Below are positions 62,331 to 64,000 of a DNA stretch of 64,000 bases, one piece after another (the first letter of the stretch is position 1; each line of letters starts with the position of its first letter). The stretch covers positions 120,959 through 184,958 of the forward strand of contig CAJXJY010000007.1 in assembly GCA_913055875.1 (NCBI GenBank), given 5' to 3'. Source of the DNA: an uncultured Altererythrobacter sp. (GTDB lineage: Bacteria; Pseudomonadota; Alphaproteobacteria; Sphingomonadales; Sphingomonadaceae). The translations under genes were made by a program, and so were the position numbers. Below the pieces are notes generated by a model that was given only the letters and a program-made list of their open reading frames with translations, was not told the DNA's origin and made no database searches.

Positions 62331-64000
62331 ATGCCTGCCGACCTCCCTATCCACGCCGTCCTGCCCGACTTGCTCGCCGCCTTGCGCGATCGCGGCGCGG
62401 CGGTGCTGGTCGCTCCGCCGGGCGCGGGCAAGACGACCGCAGTGGCGCCCGCGCTGATCGAAGAGGATTGGTGCAGCGGGCAGGTGATCCTGCTGTCCCC
62501 CCGCCGGGTGGCGGCGCGCGCGGCGGCCGAGCGGATGGCGGAACTGATGGGCGAGAAGGCGGGGGAGACGGTCGGCTACCTGACCCGGCTCGACAGCAGG
62601 ACCTCGGCGAAGACGCGCATCCTCGTCATGACCGAGGCGATCTTCGTCAACCGGATAGTCGACGACCCGGACCTCGCAGGCGTCTCCGCGGTGCTGTTCG
62701 ACGAGGCGCACGAGCGGCATCTCGACAGCGATCTCGGCCTCGCACTTGCGCTTGAAAGCCGCGCGGTGCTGCGCGAGGATTTGCGGATCTGCGTGATGTC
62801 GGCGACGATCGACGGGGCGCGGTTCGCGCGGCTGCTCGGCGAGGATGCGGCGGTGGTCGAGAGCGAGGGCAAGGCCTGGCCGCTCGCGATAAGCTGGCTC
62901 GGTGCATCGCCGCAGAAGCGAATCGACGATGCGATGGCGACGGCCGTACTCACCGCATGGCGCGAGACGGCGGATGGGGACGGCGGCGACCTGCTCGCCT
63001 TCCTCCCGGGTGTGCGCGAGATCGAGCGGGTGCGCGAACGTCTCGTCGATCGGCTGCCCGATATCCCGATCCTGCCGCTCCACGGACAGGTGCAGCCGCA
63101 CGACCAGCGCGCGGCGATCCGGCGCGATCCCGAGGGACGGCGGCGGATCGTGCTCGCCACCGCCATCGCCGAGACCTCGCTGACGCTCGACGGGGTGTCG
63201 GTGGTGGTCGACAGCGGGCTCGCGCGGCACGCCGAATTCGACCGTGCGGCGGGGACCACGCATCTGGTCACGCGCAACGCCAGCCGCGCCTCCGCCGCAC
63301 AGCGCGCGGGCCGCGCCGCGCGGCAGGGGCCGGGTGTCGCCTATCGGTTGTGGAACGAGGCGGGGCATGCCGGGCGGCCCGAATTCGATCCGCCCGAGAT
63401 CGAAACCGCCGACCTTGCGCCGTTGTTGCTGAGCCTCGCGAAATGGGGCAGCGGCGATCCGGCATCGTTGCCGTGGCTCGACCCGCCGCCCGCCGCATCC
63501 GTCGCCTCCGCGCGCGAGCGGCTTGCGAAACTGGGAGCGCTCGACGCGGAGGGGCGGATCACGACGTTCGGCGAGCAGGTCGCGAACCTGCCGATGGACC
63601 CGGCTTCGGGCGCTGCGGTGCTCCACGGCGCGCGGGCAGGGCAGGCGCTCGAAGCGGCGAAGCTGGTCCTGTTGCTGCAGGAACGCGGCCTCGGCGGGCG
63701 GGGCGAGGACCTACTGCAACGGTTGCAACGCTGGGACGGCGAACGCGGCGCGCGCGCCGTCGCGGCGCGCAAGCTGGCGGGGCGCTGGGCGAAACTGGCG
63801 GAGAGGCTGTGCCAGCGTGCTTCGACAGGCTCGGCACGAACGGTGAAGGGGGGAGCCAAGTATTCTCCCACAACCGTTCGCCCTGAGCTTGTCGAAGGGG
63901 CGGGCGAAACATCCCCGGGCTCGAACAACCCCGCCATTTTCCTCGCGCTCGCGCGGCCCGACAATATCGCCCGCAGGCGCGGTGCCTCGGGCGAGCACTG
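62331..64000 (+). CDS. hrpB: ATP-dependent helicase HrpB, 3' end outside window
   Basis: Hand translation from ATG 62331: PGAGKTT Walker A, DEAHER box, ATAIAETSLTLDGV, QRAGRAARQGPG. Open to nt 64000. Not in the ORF track because no stop is reached. Confidence 0.88.
   Translation, partial: MPADLPIHAVLPDLLAALRDRGAAVLVAPPGAGKTTAVAPALIEEDWCSGQVILLSPRRVAARAAAERMAELMGEKAGETVGYLTRLDSRTSAKTRILVMTEAIFVNRIVDDPDLAGVSAVLFDEAHERHLDSDLGLALALESRAVLREDLRICVMSATIDGARFARLLGEDAAVVESEGKAWPLAISWLGASPQKRIDDAMATAVLTAWRETADGDGGDLLAFLPGVREIERVRERLVDRLPDIPILPLHGQVQPHDQRAAIRRDPEGRRRIVLATAIAETSLTLDGVSVVVDSGLARHAEFDRAAGTTHLVTRNASRASAAQRAGRAARQGPGVAYRLWNEAGHAGRPEFDPPEIETADLAPLLLSLAKWGSGDPASLPWLDPPPAASVASARERLAKLGALDAEGRITTFGEQVANLPMDPASGAAVLHGARAGQALEAAKLVLLLQERGLGGRGEDLLQRLQRWDGERGARAVAARKLAGRWAKLAERLCQRASTGSARTVKGGAKYSPTTVRPELVEGAGETSPGSNNPAIFLALARPDNIARRRGASGEH
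63820..63897. repeat. REP-like palindromic element inserted in frame inside hrpB
   Basis: Arms CTTCGACAGGCTCGGCACGAACGG (63820-63843) and CCGTTCGCCCTGAGCTTGTCGAAG (63874-63897), 20/24 complementary. Same family as 32660-32730. 78 nt, equal to 26 codons. Confidence 0.75.

Noticed and set aside
62223-63626. 467-aa minus-strand ORF
   Set aside because: Antisense to hrpB, whose plus-strand frame carries all the helicase motifs. hrpB is absent from the track only because it has no stop within the window.

Overview
GC-rich (roughly two thirds G+C by eye) chromosomal segment of an alphaproteobacterium. Gene content and repeat types suggest Sphingomonadales, but that is inference only. All family calls come from reading the ORF translations and recalling signature motifs; no searches were run.

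Most of the window is housekeeping: cysS, class I lysK, accBC, aroQ, yajC-secDF, ettA, a uup-like ABC-F gene, ispB, chorismate mutase, hrpB (3' end outside the window), a DinG-like helicase and three tRNAs. There are also small stress modules: SoxR with a textbook sox box facing a VOC gene, and a copper island (DUF305, csoR-like, copA, copB) with two CsoR-type operators.

Accessory or unusual content:
- A 26-nt AT-rich promoter box occurs at 24/26 identity in front of an orphan GTA-type 3TM holin (43.8 kb) and in the divergent region of an XRE/pseudo-S24 repressor and a DUF6456-like gene (49.8 kb). A related TCCTA/TAGGA operator cluster sits at a CI-like S24 repressor locus (7.1 kb). I read these as a dispersed phage- or GTA-derived regulatory module. 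This is my top candidate for an undescribed system.
- A roughly 0.9 kb low-GC island carries one orphan membrane protein between an FKBP gene and ettA.
- Several families of paired-hairpin REP-like elements are present. One pair forms perfect 28-bp inverted repeats around a GIY-YIG nuclease gene, one is inserted in frame inside hrpB, and 58-bp direct repeats bracket a DUF559 endonuclease.
- A nested long inverted repeat lies at 8.9-9.2 kb.
- Tandem RcnB-like paralogs carry Arg-rich 30-bp repeats.
- A LacI-family protein lacks its HTH and sits behind a perfect palindrome.

No CRISPR array, rRNA, integrase, transposase or phage structural gene was seen. Many long ORFs in the track are antisense or off-frame shadows of real genes.
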